DNA of 54,689 nt from Acidobacteriota bacterium (GTDB lineage Bacteria; Acidobacteriota; UBA6911; JACQSX01; JBPCNK01), in assembly GCA_051001345.1 (NCBI GenBank), contig JBPCNK010000201.1, forward strand, positions 1 through 54,689. The letters are read 5' to 3'. Below are positions 1-8,524 of the stretch, piece by piece; the stretch's first letter is position 1; each line of letters starts with the position of its first letter. Below the pieces are notes generated by a model that was not told the DNA's origin, made no database searches, and saw only the letters and a program-made list of their open reading frames with translations. A program made the translations under genes and the position numbers.

Positions 1-159
1 CCCCCCCCCCCCCCCGGCACCGTTGATGGCTGCCCCTTTGGCAGGTGCGGGGACTTGGATCGGTTCTGCTCCGGACTTTTCCACACCGCTTGCCATTTGG
101 ACAATTGCGCCAAGGAGTTCTCGGCCAAAAAGTGATGTAATGATGTATAATTGTGCCCT

Positions 160-396
160 ATGCATCGAACTCAAGTCTTGTTAAAGGAGCAACAGTACCA
201 AGCCCTAAAGGCACGCGCCCGGCGCGAAGGGAAAAGCCTTTCGGAGCTTGTCCGCACAGCCGTTGCACAGTGGCTCAGCCCCCGCAGAAATACAACGGGC
301 GCTCGCTTAGCCGACTTGTGTGCGCTCGGGCGGGATCCGCTGGGCCCGGCTGGCCGAGATCACGACGCTGTTCTCTACGACTGGAAACGCAGGTGA
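160..396 (+). CDS. Type II antitoxin, ribbon-helix-helix (VapB/CopG-like)
   Basis: 78-aa ORF. The track ORF starts at TTG 151, but ATG 160 is preferred. RHH-like N-terminus RTQVLLKEQQYQALKARARREGKSLSELVRTAV. Stop TGA 394-396 overlaps the GTG start of the downstream PIN gene (GTGA). Confidence 0.7.
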   Translation: MHRTQVLLKEQQYQALKARARREGKSLSELVRTAVAQWLSPRRNTTGARLADLCALGRDPLGPAGRDHDAVLYDWKRR

Positions 397-791
397 AGCG
401 TGTTTTTGTAGATACTGCCGCATGGTACGCCTTCGTGCGGGCCGACGATCCTGACCACGACGTGGTGAAAAGCGCAATGGAACGATGGGAGACTCGGCTT
501 GTGACGAGTAACTTTGTGTTTGACGAAGTGATTACGCTGGTGCGTGCGCGGCTCGGGCACTCCACGGCCCTGGCAGTTGGAAAAGCGCTGCTTGAACCCG
601 GCGTCGCCGAATTGGTACGGATAGCTGTCGAGGACGAGGAGGAAGCTTGGAAACTTTTCTCCCGTCATAGTGACAAACACTACTCCTTCACGGACTGTAC
701 TTCTTTTGCATTGATGCAAAGGCTTGGGCTTGAAACCGCCATCACGACTGATCGCCATTTCCGGCAAGCAGGATTTGACACCGAGCCCTAG
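393..791 (+). CDS. vapC: PIN-domain ribonuclease toxin VapC
   Basis: In-frame GTG at 393 within track ORF 153..791. PIN pattern: VFVDTAAWYA, FVFDEVITL, YSFTDCTSFALM, AITTDRHF (conserved acidic residues). Translationally coupled to the upstream RHH gene. Confidence 0.8.
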   Translation: MKRVFVDTAAWYAFVRADDPDHDVVKSAMERWETRLVTSNFVFDEVITLVRARLGHSTALAVGKALLEPGVAELVRIAVEDEEEAWKLFSRHSDKHYSFTDCTSFALMQRLGLETAITTDRHFRQAGFDTEP

Positions 792-1067
792 TCCTGCCCT
801 GGCCCGTTTTGAGCGGATTTTTTGAGAATCGCTGAGCGGGTGATATCAACTGGATTTACTTTCGCCAATCGCAACCGGTGGCGCTGGCCCGCTCGCGGTC
901 GCTCGCGGCTCTGTTAATGTTAATTGCGGCCCGATCGCATCCACGGGCTTCAGGTTCCAGGGCCCAGAGACCATGAATTAGAGATTGAATCCAAAACCAC
1001 AATTGTGCAATCCGCAATTGCCTGGAGCCTCGAGCCTGAAGTCTGAAGTCTGATTCATCAGCGTGAT

Positions 1068-1103
1068 TGCATCAAAGCATCAGTATTGGTATGCTTTGAT
1101 GCA
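1068..1103. promoter_or_regulatory. Candidate VapB/VapBC operator: perfect 13-bp inverted repeat TGCATCAAAGCAT-N10-ATGCTTTGATGCA
   Basis: Arms at 1068-1080 and 1091-1103. The right arm ends in the ATG (1103) of vapB-2. Type II TA operons are typically autoregulated at palindromes that overlap the promoter or start. Confidence 0.5.
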
Positions 1104-1351
1104 TGAGAACTACACTGACCTTGGACGACGATGTGGCTGCGCTGTTGAAACGTGCAAGAGAGAAGCGAAATACGAATCTGAGGGAGATTGTAAACGAAGC
1201 TCTGCGCGAGGGCTTGGCGCGCATGACCGCCCCGAACAAACCTTCCCGGCGTTACCGGACGCCAGCGGTTTCGCTCGGTCGGTGTCTGGTGGGCAGCCTC
1301 GATGATGTTGCAGAGGCGCTGGCGGTAGCCGAAGGCGAGGCCTTTCGTTGA
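1103..1351 (+). CDS. vapB: Type II antitoxin VapB
   Basis: 82 aa. N-terminus [38 protein letters not shown] is typical of VapB-type DNA-binding antitoxins. Stop overlaps the start of the PIN gene (TTGA at 1348-1351). Confidence 0.8.
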   Translation: MRTTLTLDDDVAALLKRAREKRNTNLREIVNEALREGLARMTAPNKPSRRYRTPAVSLGRCLVGSLDDVAEALAVAEGEAFR

Positions 1352-1791
1352 TTCTTGTTGACGCCAACCTGTTGATTTACGCTCACGTCGCCGGTCTGCC
1401 GCAGCACAAAGCTGCGCGTGTGTGGCTCGACGGCCGGCTCAACGGGATAATCCGTGTGGGTCTTCCCTGGCCGTGCCTGCTGGCTTTCGTGCGCCTGGTA
1501 TCCAACCCGCGCGTCTTCGAGCAGCCGGAGTCGATTTCGAGCGCTTGGGGCCAGGTAGAGCAATGGCTCGATCGCGACCCGGTTTGGATTCCTCAGCCAA
1601 CCGAACACCATCGCGAAGTTCTGGGCTCGCTACTTGCCAGAGGCGAACGATCCAATCTAGTCCCCGATGCTCATCTGGCCGCCCTGGCCATCGAACATGG
1701 ACTGAAACTTTGCTCGACGGACGGCGACTTTGCTCGCTTTCCAGGAGTGCAATGGGAAAACCCGCTGCTTGAAATGGGCGGAACCTCGTAG
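1348..1791 (+). CDS. vapC: PIN-domain ribonuclease toxin VapC
   Basis: 147 aa. [36 protein letters not shown]: classic PIN acidic quartet context. TTG start coupled to vapB. Confidence 0.85.
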   Translation: MILVDANLLIYAHVAGLPQHKAARVWLDGRLNGIIRVGLPWPCLLAFVRLVSNPRVFEQPESISSAWGQVEQWLDRDPVWIPQPTEHHREVLGSLLARGERSNLVPDAHLAALAIEHGLKLCSTDGDFARFPGVQWENPLLEMGGTS

Positions 1792-1846
1792 GGTTCTGCA
1801 AAATGCCGGCGAGTCAGACTCGGCGCTGTTGTCGGCGCCACAATTA

Positions 1847-1979
1847 ACGGTGCCGCGAGCGACGCGAGCGGGTCCGCTGCGCTCATTTGGTCAGATGGTG
1901 GAAGTAAGTAACACAAATCTCAAATAGCTCGCCAGTATGGTCGGTGGCACTGACCCGCTCGCGTCGCTCGCGGCACCGT
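1847..1979. repeat. Perfect 28-bp inverted repeat (1847-1874 / 1952-1979) with 77-bp spacer, carrying the conserved 21-nt core
   Basis: ACGGTGCCGCGAGCGACGCGAGCGGGTC versus its exact reverse complement. Lies directly downstream of vapC-2. Confidence 0.9.
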
Positions 1980-2075
1980 TGATGGCCGCCCCGTTGGCAG
2001 GAGGGGACTTGAATCAGTTTTGCTCCGGGTATTCCATACCGCTAGGCATCGAACTCACGTGTTGTTAAGGAGCAA
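1973..2075. repeat. Degenerate direct copy of window positions 16-190 (region upstream of vapB-1 plus the first ~10 codons of vapB-1), with an internal deletion
   Basis: GGCACCGTTGATGGC.GCCCC.TTGGCAGG..GGGGACTTG.ATC.GTT.TGCTCCGG is shared by 16-80 and 1973-2030. GCATCGAACTCA.GT.TTGTTAA(A)GGAGCAA is shared by 161-192 and 2045-2075. Confidence 0.8.
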
Positions 2076-2138
2076 TCCGCAATCCCTGGAGCCTGAAGCC
2101 TGGAGCCTGACCCCTGACGAGGTGCTAGAATTGCCCCC

Positions 2139-4319
2139 ATGAGTCTCTCCCGGTCCAAGCGGAACATCTTCCTGCTGCTTGGCGCGTTGCTGTTTTTCAC
2201 CCTGCTGTTTGTCGCCAGTGAGTTTCTCAATCCCAGTTCGGTGGGAAACCCGAAATTCTCGAGCAATTTTTTTATCTTCGCGCTGCTGTCGGCGCTCAAT
2301 TTTCTGATCGTTGTTTCGCTGGCCTTTGTCCTGCTGCGCAACCTGATCAAGTTGTATTTCGAGTACCGCGGCGGGCGCTGGGGCTCGCGCATCAAGACCA
2401 AGCTGGTTTTGACCCTGGTGACTCTCTCGCTGGTGCCGTCCGTTCTGCTGTTCCTTCTGGCTTTCGGTCTGATCAATCGAAAACTCCAGGAATGGTCCAG
2501 CGCTCCGGCCGAGACGCTGGTCAGTTCAGCCAGCCGCATCGCCGAAGCCTACTATGCCCAGCGGCAGATCGACAGCATTGCGCTGGCCGAGCAGCTGGCC
2601 GGCCGGTATGTGGAATCGGGCCCGAGCCCTACCTCTATTGAGCCTCGCCGGTTTTTGTTCGAAGAGGTCCAGGCCGTGGCGCCCTCGGGAGCGGTCATCG
2701 GCGACACTCCCGTCAACAATTCCATTGGACGCGATCCGCGCCGCGCCGCCGCGCTCGAGCGGGCGCTGCAGGGACACCCCTTTTTTAACGCGCGCCGGGA
2801 CATCAAACTCGACCACGTTCTGGTGGCTGTGCCGCTGCGCTCCGATCACGGAGCGGCCATCCAGGGCGTGTTGCTGGCATCCTTCTCGATTCCGGAAAGC
2901 GTCGCGTTTCACGCCATCGAGGCGCAGAAGGCCGCCAGCCGCTATGCCGACCTGCAGCAACAGCGCAATCCGCTGCGGACAACCTACGTGCTCATCCTGG
3001 GGCTGACGACCGTCGTTGTTATTTTCGGCTTCACTTGGTTCGGGCTTTACATCGCGAAAAAAATTACGGTTCCGATTGAAGCGCTGGCCACCGGCGCACG
3101 GGAAATTGCGTCCGGAAATCTCAATCACCGCGTCGAGTGCGAAGCCGTCGACGAACTGGGCATCCTGGTGGACGGATTCAACCAGATGGCCGGAGATCTG
3201 CGGGGTCACAAGCAGGAGCTGGAGCGGACCAACGAGGACCTGCGCATCAGCAACCTGCGGCTGGACGAGCGGCGTCATTACATCGAGACCGTCCTCGAAA
3301 ATGTGGCAACCGGCGTCGTTTCGCTCAGCCGGCAGGGGGTCGTCTCGACCATCAACCGCGCCGCTGCGCTGATCCTGGGAGTGGACCGTGATCGTGCCGC
3401 CGGCCAGTCGCTCGAGACGATTCTGCCGGCAAGCGTGGCGCAGGAAATTGCGCGAATCGTGCAGAAGGCCCAGGTGTTCGGATCGTACCGCCGCGATGTG
3501 ACGCTCGAGCGGCAGCAGGGATCGGCGCACCTGGCCGTGACGGCTACGGTCAACTACGACGCCGAAAACAGCGAGCTCGGGCTCCTGCTGGTGCTCGACG
3601 ACATTACCGAGCTGATTCAGGCCGAGAAATTCGCCGCCTGGCAGGAAGTCGCCCGGCGCATGGCGCACGAAATCAAGAATCCGCTGACCCCGATTCAGCT
3701 GTCGGCCGAGCAGATCCTGCGCCGCGCCGAACGGATGGGTCCCGGCGAGAGCGCCGAGGTCTACCGCGAGTTTCTATTGGAGGTAGGTCGCATCATCGTC
3801 CAGGAAACGCGCACCCTCAAGAACATGGTCGATGAGTTCTCGCGCTTTTCGCGGCTGCCGCTGGCCCGCCCCGTGCCCTGCCAACTGCGCCAGATCATCG
3901 ACGATACGCTGGCGGCCTACAACGGCCGCTTTCAGAACGTGGAAATCCGGACCCAGATCGATCCGGGCGCCACCGAATTGCACGTTGATCCCGATCAATT
4001 CAAGCGCGCGCTCATCAACATTTTGGACAACGCCATCGAAGCGATGCAGGAAACGCCGCGGGACAAACGGGTTGACATCAGCGCGGCCCCCAACCCGCGG
4101 CATCGGTCCGTGCGCATCGAGATTGCCGACAACGGGCAAGGCATTTCCCAGGAAGACTACGAGAACCTTTTCTTGCCGTACTTCTCCACGAAGAAGCGCG
4201 GCACCGGCCTGGGGCTGGCCATTGTCCGACAGATTATTTCCGAACATCATGGCTACATTCGGGCCGAGGCGAATCACCCGTATGGGTCGAGGTTCATTAT
4301 TGAATTGCCCCAAGCATGA
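2139..4319 (+). CDS. Sensor histidine kinase, NtrY-like (N-terminal TM helices, HAMP, PAS, HisKA, HATPase_c)
   Basis: 726 aa. Hydrophobic N-terminus. H-box AHEIKNPLTPIQLSAE. N/G boxes ILDNAIEAM, DNGQGI, GTGLGLAIV. Confidence 0.85.
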   Translation: MSLSRSKRNIFLLLGALLFFTLLFVASEFLNPSSVGNPKFSSNFFIFALLSALNFLIVVSLAFVLLRNLIKLYFEYRGGRWGSRIKTKLVLTLVTLSLVPSVLLFLLAFGLINRKLQEWSSAPAETLVSSASRIAEAYYAQRQIDSIALAEQLAGRYVESGPSPTSIEPRRFLFEEVQAVAPSGAVIGDTPVNNSIGRDPRRAAALERALQGHPFFNARRDIKLDHVLVAVPLRSDHGAAIQGVLLASFSIPESVAFHAIEAQKAASRYADLQQQRNPLRTTYVLILGLTTVVVIFGFTWFGLYIAKKITVPIEALATGAREIASGNLNHRVECEAVDELGILVDGFNQMAGDLRGHKQELERTNEDLRISNLRLDERRHYIETVLENVATGVVSLSRQGVVSTINRAAALILGVDRDRAAGQSLETILPASVAQEIARIVQKAQVFGSYRRDVTLERQQGSAHLAVTATVNYDAENSELGLLLVLDDITELIQAEKFAAWQEVARRMAHEIKNPLTPIQLSAEQILRRAERMGPGESAEVYREFLLEVGRIIVQETRTLKNMVDEFSRFSRLPLARPVPCQLRQIIDDTLAAYNGRFQNVEIRTQIDPGATELHVDPDQFKRALINILDNAIEAMQETPRDKRVDISAAPNPRHRSVRIEIADNGQGISQEDYENLFLPYFSTKKRGTGLGLAIVRQIISEHHGYIRAEANHPYGSRFIIELPQA

Positions 4320-4336
4320 TGCTTTGCCAGCCGTCG

Positions 4337-4484
4337 GCCGTATGCCGTATGCCGCGAGCCGTATGCCGCTGGTTTCTATCGTGCATTCTGCGTTTTCCAC
4401 GTAGTCTTAGATATGCGCGGATGTCAGGACCTCGAAACTTACAAATAGTCGCGCGGCATACGGCATACGGCATACGGCATACGG
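4337..4484. repeat. Inverted pair of GCCGTAT heptamer arrays (4337-4368 forward, 4454-4484 reverse complement) between kinase and regulator genes
   Basis: GCCGTATGCCGTATGCCGCGAGCCGTATGCCG ... CGGCATACGGCATACGGCATACGGCATACGG. Strict 7-nt period. Confidence 0.95.
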
Positions 4485-4495
4485 AGTGACAGAGC

Positions 4496-5845
4496 GTGCC
4501 AACAGCTCGAATTCTCATCGTCGATGACGAAAAGAATGTCCGCACCTCGCTGGCGAGTATTCTCGACGGCGAAGGCTTTCATTGCGATCTGATCGCTTCG
4601 GGCGAGGAGTGCCTGGAGCGCATGCGCCAGAAGCTTTTCGATCTGGTGATTCTGGATGTGTGGTTGCCCGGCTGCGACGGTCTGGCGACCCTCGAAAAAA
4701 TCCGGACGGCTCACCCGGATGCACAAGTGGTGATGATCTCCGGGCACGCCTCCATTGAAACGGCGGTGCGCGCCACCAAGCTGGGTGCGTTTGACTTCCT
4801 GGAAAAGCCGCTCTCGCTTGAGAAGACTCTGGTGGTTGTAAAAAACGCGCTCAAACAACGTCAGCTGGAGCGCGAAAACCGCCTGCTGCGCGACCAGGTC
4901 GTCAAGGAATTGGTCATGATCGGCGAATCGGTTCCGATGCAGGCGCTGCGCCAGCAGATCGAGTTTGCCGCCCCGACCAACGCGCGCGTGCTGATTTTTG
5001 GCGAAAACGGCAGTGGCAAAGAGCTGGTCGCCCGCACGCTGCATGCGCGCAGCCTGCGCCGCGACCGCTCGCTGGTCGAAGTCAATTGCGCCGCCATCCC
5101 CGATGACCTGATCGAAAGCGAGCTGTTCGGATACGTCAAGGGCGCTTTTACCGGCGCCACGGAGAGCCGTGTCGGCAAATTCCAGCTGGCCGATCAAGGC
5201 ACGCTGTTCCTGGACGAAGTCGGCGACATGAGCCTCAAGACGCAATCCAAGGTGCTGCGCGTTCTGGAAGAACAGCGCTTTCATCCGCTCGGCAGCAACG
5301 ACGCGCTGGAAGTCGACGTGCGCGTTCTGGCGGCGACCAACAAGAATCTGGAGTTGGAAATCGAAAAGGGCGCCTTTCGCGAGGATCTATTCTATCGACT
5401 CAACGTGATCCCGTTTCAGGTTCCGCCTTTGCGCGACCGCCGCGAGGATATTCCGCTGCTGGTCGATCACTTCCTGCACGAGTTCGCGGGGCATTACGGC
5501 AAGGGCCCAAAGATGCTCGGGGCTTCGATTCTGGAGCGTTTCGAGCAGTACTCCTGGCCCGGAAACATCCGGGAACTGAAGAATACGATCGAGCGCCTCA
5601 TGATCATGGTCCCCGGCGACGAGGTGCATCAGTATCATCTGCCGCGGGCGATCGTCGCGCAGGAAGGGAGCCAGGCAGGCGCCAACGGCCAGGAATCACT
5701 CAAGGACGCGCGCGATACCTTCGAGCGCAATTACATTCTCAAGAAACTGGCCGAATTCGACGGCAACGTAGCCAAGGTGGCCGAAGCGCTCAATGTCGAG
5801 CGCAGCAATTTGTACAAGAAGATCAAGGCGTATGGAATTGAGTAG
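4496..5845 (+). CDS. Sigma-54-dependent response regulator (NtrC/AtoC family: REC + AAA+ + Fis-type HTH)
   Basis: 449 aa, GTG start. ILIVDDE...DLVILDVWLPG receiver domain. Walker A GENGSGKE. GAFTGA motif present. C-terminal HTH AKVAEALNVERSNLYKKIK. Confidence 0.9.
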   Translation: MPTARILIVDDEKNVRTSLASILDGEGFHCDLIASGEECLERMRQKLFDLVILDVWLPGCDGLATLEKIRTAHPDAQVVMISGHASIETAVRATKLGAFDFLEKPLSLEKTLVVVKNALKQRQLERENRLLRDQVVKELVMIGESVPMQALRQQIEFAAPTNARVLIFGENGSGKELVARTLHARSLRRDRSLVEVNCAAIPDDLIESELFGYVKGAFTGATESRVGKFQLADQGTLFLDEVGDMSLKTQSKVLRVLEEQRFHPLGSNDALEVDVRVLAATNKNLELEIEKGAFREDLFYRLNVIPFQVPPLRDRREDIPLLVDHFLHEFAGHYGKGPKMLGASILERFEQYSWPGNIRELKNTIERLMIMVPGDEVHQYHLPRAIVAQEGSQAGANGQESLKDARDTFERNYILKKLAEFDGNVAKVAEALNVERSNLYKKIKAYGIE

Positions 5846-5860
5846 GGGATGTCCGAGCCA

Positions 5861-5996
5861 GTCCGGGCCACGAGCGTAAGCGAGTGGGCAATCAGTGGCG
5901 GCATTTTGAATTACGAGTTACGAATTACGAGCTACGATAACCTTGCGTTTCGTAATTCGGTAATTTGTAACTCGTAATTATCGTTTGTGATTGCCC
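5861..5996. repeat. Composite palindromic element: conserved module GTCCGGGCCACGAGCGTAAGCGAGTGGGCAATCAGTGGC, then a TTACGAR heptamer hairpin
   Basis: Left arm 5885-5940 and right arm 5948-5996 are imperfect reverse complements. The module recurs at 17856-17894, 37132-37169 and, inverted, at 37270-37315. Confidence 0.9.
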
Positions 5997-6344
5997 GCCG
6001 CGTATTAGTTAAGTTAGAGACACTGTCTTTTTGCGGCTCTTCGTCAATTTGAATGCAGTAGAACAGGGACCGTGATGACGTAACGCAGCCGCCTGCGCGG
6101 GCTCCGCTGCTGGGGGGGCTGTTCGGCGGCCTTCCCAACTGAACAATGACGATCCCACTGGCCACCGGACCACCCGGACATGTCTTCTCTTGGCGTGACA
6201 ACACACAAAGGAGGACAAAGTGGGATCGCTGGACGAGGGACTCGGATTCCGGGACTGGATGTCGACTCTTACAACACCATTAAATGAGTTCGCGGCAGGG
6301 TTTACAGCCATCTAGCTATCGAAGCACGCGATTTCTTGGCGAAC

Positions 6345-6739
6345 TCATGGAGCCACCAAGAACACGTCATAGGCCCAACGGCCCACTGTTGCTCCCTTGT
6401 AATCCGAAATCTTCGCCCGGTATCGAAACTCATTTCCGAATTGGTCTTTCCGCTTGGACTCCTTATAGTCTAGATCCAAGCTCTCGATCTCCGAAGCCGG
6501 CAGACTATATAACTCTGTCGGTTCGGAGATACCGTTGTGGTTAGAGTCCCGCCAAAGGCGCAGTGACCTAAAGATTACATCCGCCCCGCTAATCTTGCCA
6601 TCGTTGTTGCCTCCATTCTCAACCCGGTCAAACTCGCCGAGGGCAAGAAACCCGTTCGGAAGTGCTGCGATCGGCTGCGGCGTAAAGCTTCCGAACAATT
6701 CCACGCCGCTATCGATGGTACCGTTACCATTTCGGTCTA
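6345..6739 (-). pseudogene. 3' fragment of an IS-disrupted secreted Ca-binding-like protein (EF-hand-like DxNxNGxID loops)
   Basis: The reading frame continues upstream of track ORF 6345..6704 as [17 protein letters not shown]. It joins in frame to the 5' fragment once the IS and one TA are removed. Confidence 0.8.
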
Positions 6740-6794
6740 CAGTAACGGCAATAAATAACTTGACATAGATCTGGGGCCCGCATAAGCTTTATGC

Positions 6795-7840
6795 ATGAAA
6801 CCTCTCAAACTGTCTCACCCTTCGCTCACACGCAAGGCTCTGCTGCGGCAGGCCGAAGCAACCCCTGGCGCTTGGGTTGGCGTCCGTATCGCCGGCCTGC
6901 TGCTTATACTTTCGGGTTGGAACTCGACAGCCGTCAGTCGACTGCTGGGCTTGAGTCGTCAGGCGGTGGTGGACTGGATCCGGAAAGCCAATCAACGTGG
7001 AGTCGAGAGTATCTTCGATGTCGCCCGGCCCGGCCGGCCGGCACGGATGGACGCCGGTACGCAACAAAAGCTCAAGGAAGCGTTGGCGAAGTCCCCCGAG
7101 GATTTCGGGTTGAAACGGACACGTTGGGATGGCCTTGTGGTCGTGGAGTTTCTCGACAAGGTATGCGACGTCCAATTAAAGCCACGACAGGCGCGCAACT
7201 GGCTGAAGAACTTGGGATTCGTGCTCAAGCAGCCTGTGTACCGATATATTCAAGCCACCGGCAAAGGCGTCAGGAAATTTCGCCGCGGGCTCAAAAAAAA
7301 CTCCACCGAATCTTAGAGCAGAAAGAGTTAGCCCTGCTGATCTTCGCCGACGAGGCCGGCTTTTCTCTACACCCTCGATTGGGTCGCGTCTGGGCTCTAC
7401 GCGGTTCCAAGCCTCAGGTACCAACCACCAGTCACCATCAGAAGCGCTTGAACCTCTTCGGCTGGGTGGAGCCTTTGTACGGCTGGCACGGTTTGTTTCG
7501 TTGGCCCAAGGGTAACCGCGCAGGATTCCTGGCCTTTCTGAAGTACCTCTGTCACAAGGTTCGTGGCTGGAACAAAATCTACCTCTACGTGGACAAGGCG
7601 TCTTTCCACCGAGGCTCGGAAGTGGACGACTTCCTGACAGCCCACCCTGAAATCGAACTTGAGTATCTACCACCGTATCACCCGGAACTGAATCCTCAAG
7701 AACGTGTCTGGCGGATGATCCGCTACGAAGTCACCACCAACCAGTACTTTGAGACTATTGATCTGATCGAGCAGGCTATCCGAAAGCGACAGCGTCAATG
7801 GCGTTCTCGGAAGATTCGTCCTTTATGTCAAGTTATTTAA
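6795..7840 (+). CDS. IS630-family DDE transposase, two frames joined by a -1 shift on an A8 run
   Basis: ORF 6795..7316 is the HTH part. The -1 frame continues to 7840 with DEAGF, YVDKASFH and LNPQERVW (a D-D-E signature). The frames overlap at A8 7293-7300. Confidence 0.8.
7293..7300 (+). promoter_or_regulatory. Candidate -1 frameshift site, or a frameshift mutation: AAAAAAAA
   Basis: This is the only homopolymer in the frame-overlap window. The fused product would read ...FRRGLKKKLHRILEQKE... Confidence 0.5.
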
Positions 7841-7851
7841 TGCCGTTACTG

Positions 7852-8499
7852 TAACACGAGCCATGCGTCATCCGAATCTTCGGCGGTCCATGGAATCTTC
7901 GTGCTTAAGCCATCCCCATCCAAGTCAAACGACACTCCTCCCGCTCTGCCGGTGAGACGAAAACCATCTCCTTTAACATCCACGATAATGGGAGATTGGC
8001 AGTCTTGGGCATCTTCGATTCCGTTGCAGTTTCGATCCTGGCCGTAACCTGGGCATTGGATAGAGCCTCCAGGGTAGATCGTCGGATCGGAATCATCACA
8101 GTCGTCACCGCCATCAAATATCGCATAGTACCCGTCGCTATCGCTATCCACTCTCTGACAACTGACCACATCGAACCTCGTGACCCTAGTTTTGAAAATA
8201 GGTGGACTGACACAATTGTCCGTCCAACCGGTCGAATACTCGTTTTGGCCAACTGTGCATATGCAATTGTCGTGACAATCCAAATCATTATTACACCCAG
8301 TCGCGCCTGACACTCTCAGACCATTGCAGGGCAAATATGCATACACTATGCGGCATCCGTTATATGGAGCATTTTCAGTACGAATGTATTCAACTTCACG
8401 AACCTGAACGGTCGTTGTCTGGGCCAACGTTATTGGCTCGACGAACGCCACTATAAGTGCTGCCAAAAGCACTGACCTAATAGGCTGGCTGATCGTCAT
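7852..8499 (-). pseudogene. 5' fragment of the IS-disrupted secreted Cys-rich protein (signal peptide, DCDD..P.IYPG metal-binding-like motif)
   Basis: Signal peptide-like N-terminus MTISQPIRSVLLAALIVAFVEPITLAQ. Many Cys residues. DGGDDCDDSDPTIYPGG...CNGIED. The ORF terminates 2 codons into the IS end. Confidence 0.8.
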
Positions 8500-8524
8500 C
8501 GTCGGTTTCCACTTACGCCTCGAG

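Larger units (their letters stand above)
6740..7851 (+). mobile_element. IS630-family insertion sequence (1112 bp)
   Basis: 28-bp terminal inverted repeats CAGTAACGGCA(A/T)TAAATAACTTGACATA (6740-6767 / 7824-7851, 27/28 match). Flanking TA target duplication at 6738-6739 and 7852-7853. Confidence 0.9.

Noticed and set aside
1-15. A run of 15 C at the very start of the window.
   Set aside because: It sits at the sequence edge and replaces the expected continuation of a repeat seen at 1952-1972. It is most likely a contig-end, tailing or assembly artefact rather than biology.
1847-1979. Integron attC site / gene-cassette interpretation of the palindromes between the vapBC modules.
   Set aside because: I see no GTTRRRY / RYYYAAC core pair (GTTGATG and AATTAAC do not fit) and there is no intI in the window. 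The cassette-like layout is reported as a finding, but the integron label is not supported.
2526-3668. Long antisense or off-frame ORFs inside large genes, for example 2526..3668(-), 11859..13211(-), 15259..16989(-), 18241..19122(-), 19742..20710(-), 23176..24255(+), 42484..43635(-) and 45809..46513(-).
   Set aside because: These are typical shadow ORFs of high-GC DNA. They are Arg/Gly/Pro/Ala-rich with no recognisable domains, and the opposite strand carries well-supported genes.
4337-4484. The tandem arrays here, and those at about 14412, 31074 and 40474, could superficially be called CRISPR.
   Set aside because: The period is 7 nt with no unique 25-40-nt spacers, the units are contiguous, and no cas genes are present. 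They are microsatellite-like arrays, not CRISPR.
6220-6315. A 31-aa ORF (GTG start) preceded by a strong AAGGAGG at 6208-6214.
   Set aside because: It is too short and has no recognisable features. The SD match alone is not enough, so it is left unannotated. Conservation or Ribo-seq could revive it.
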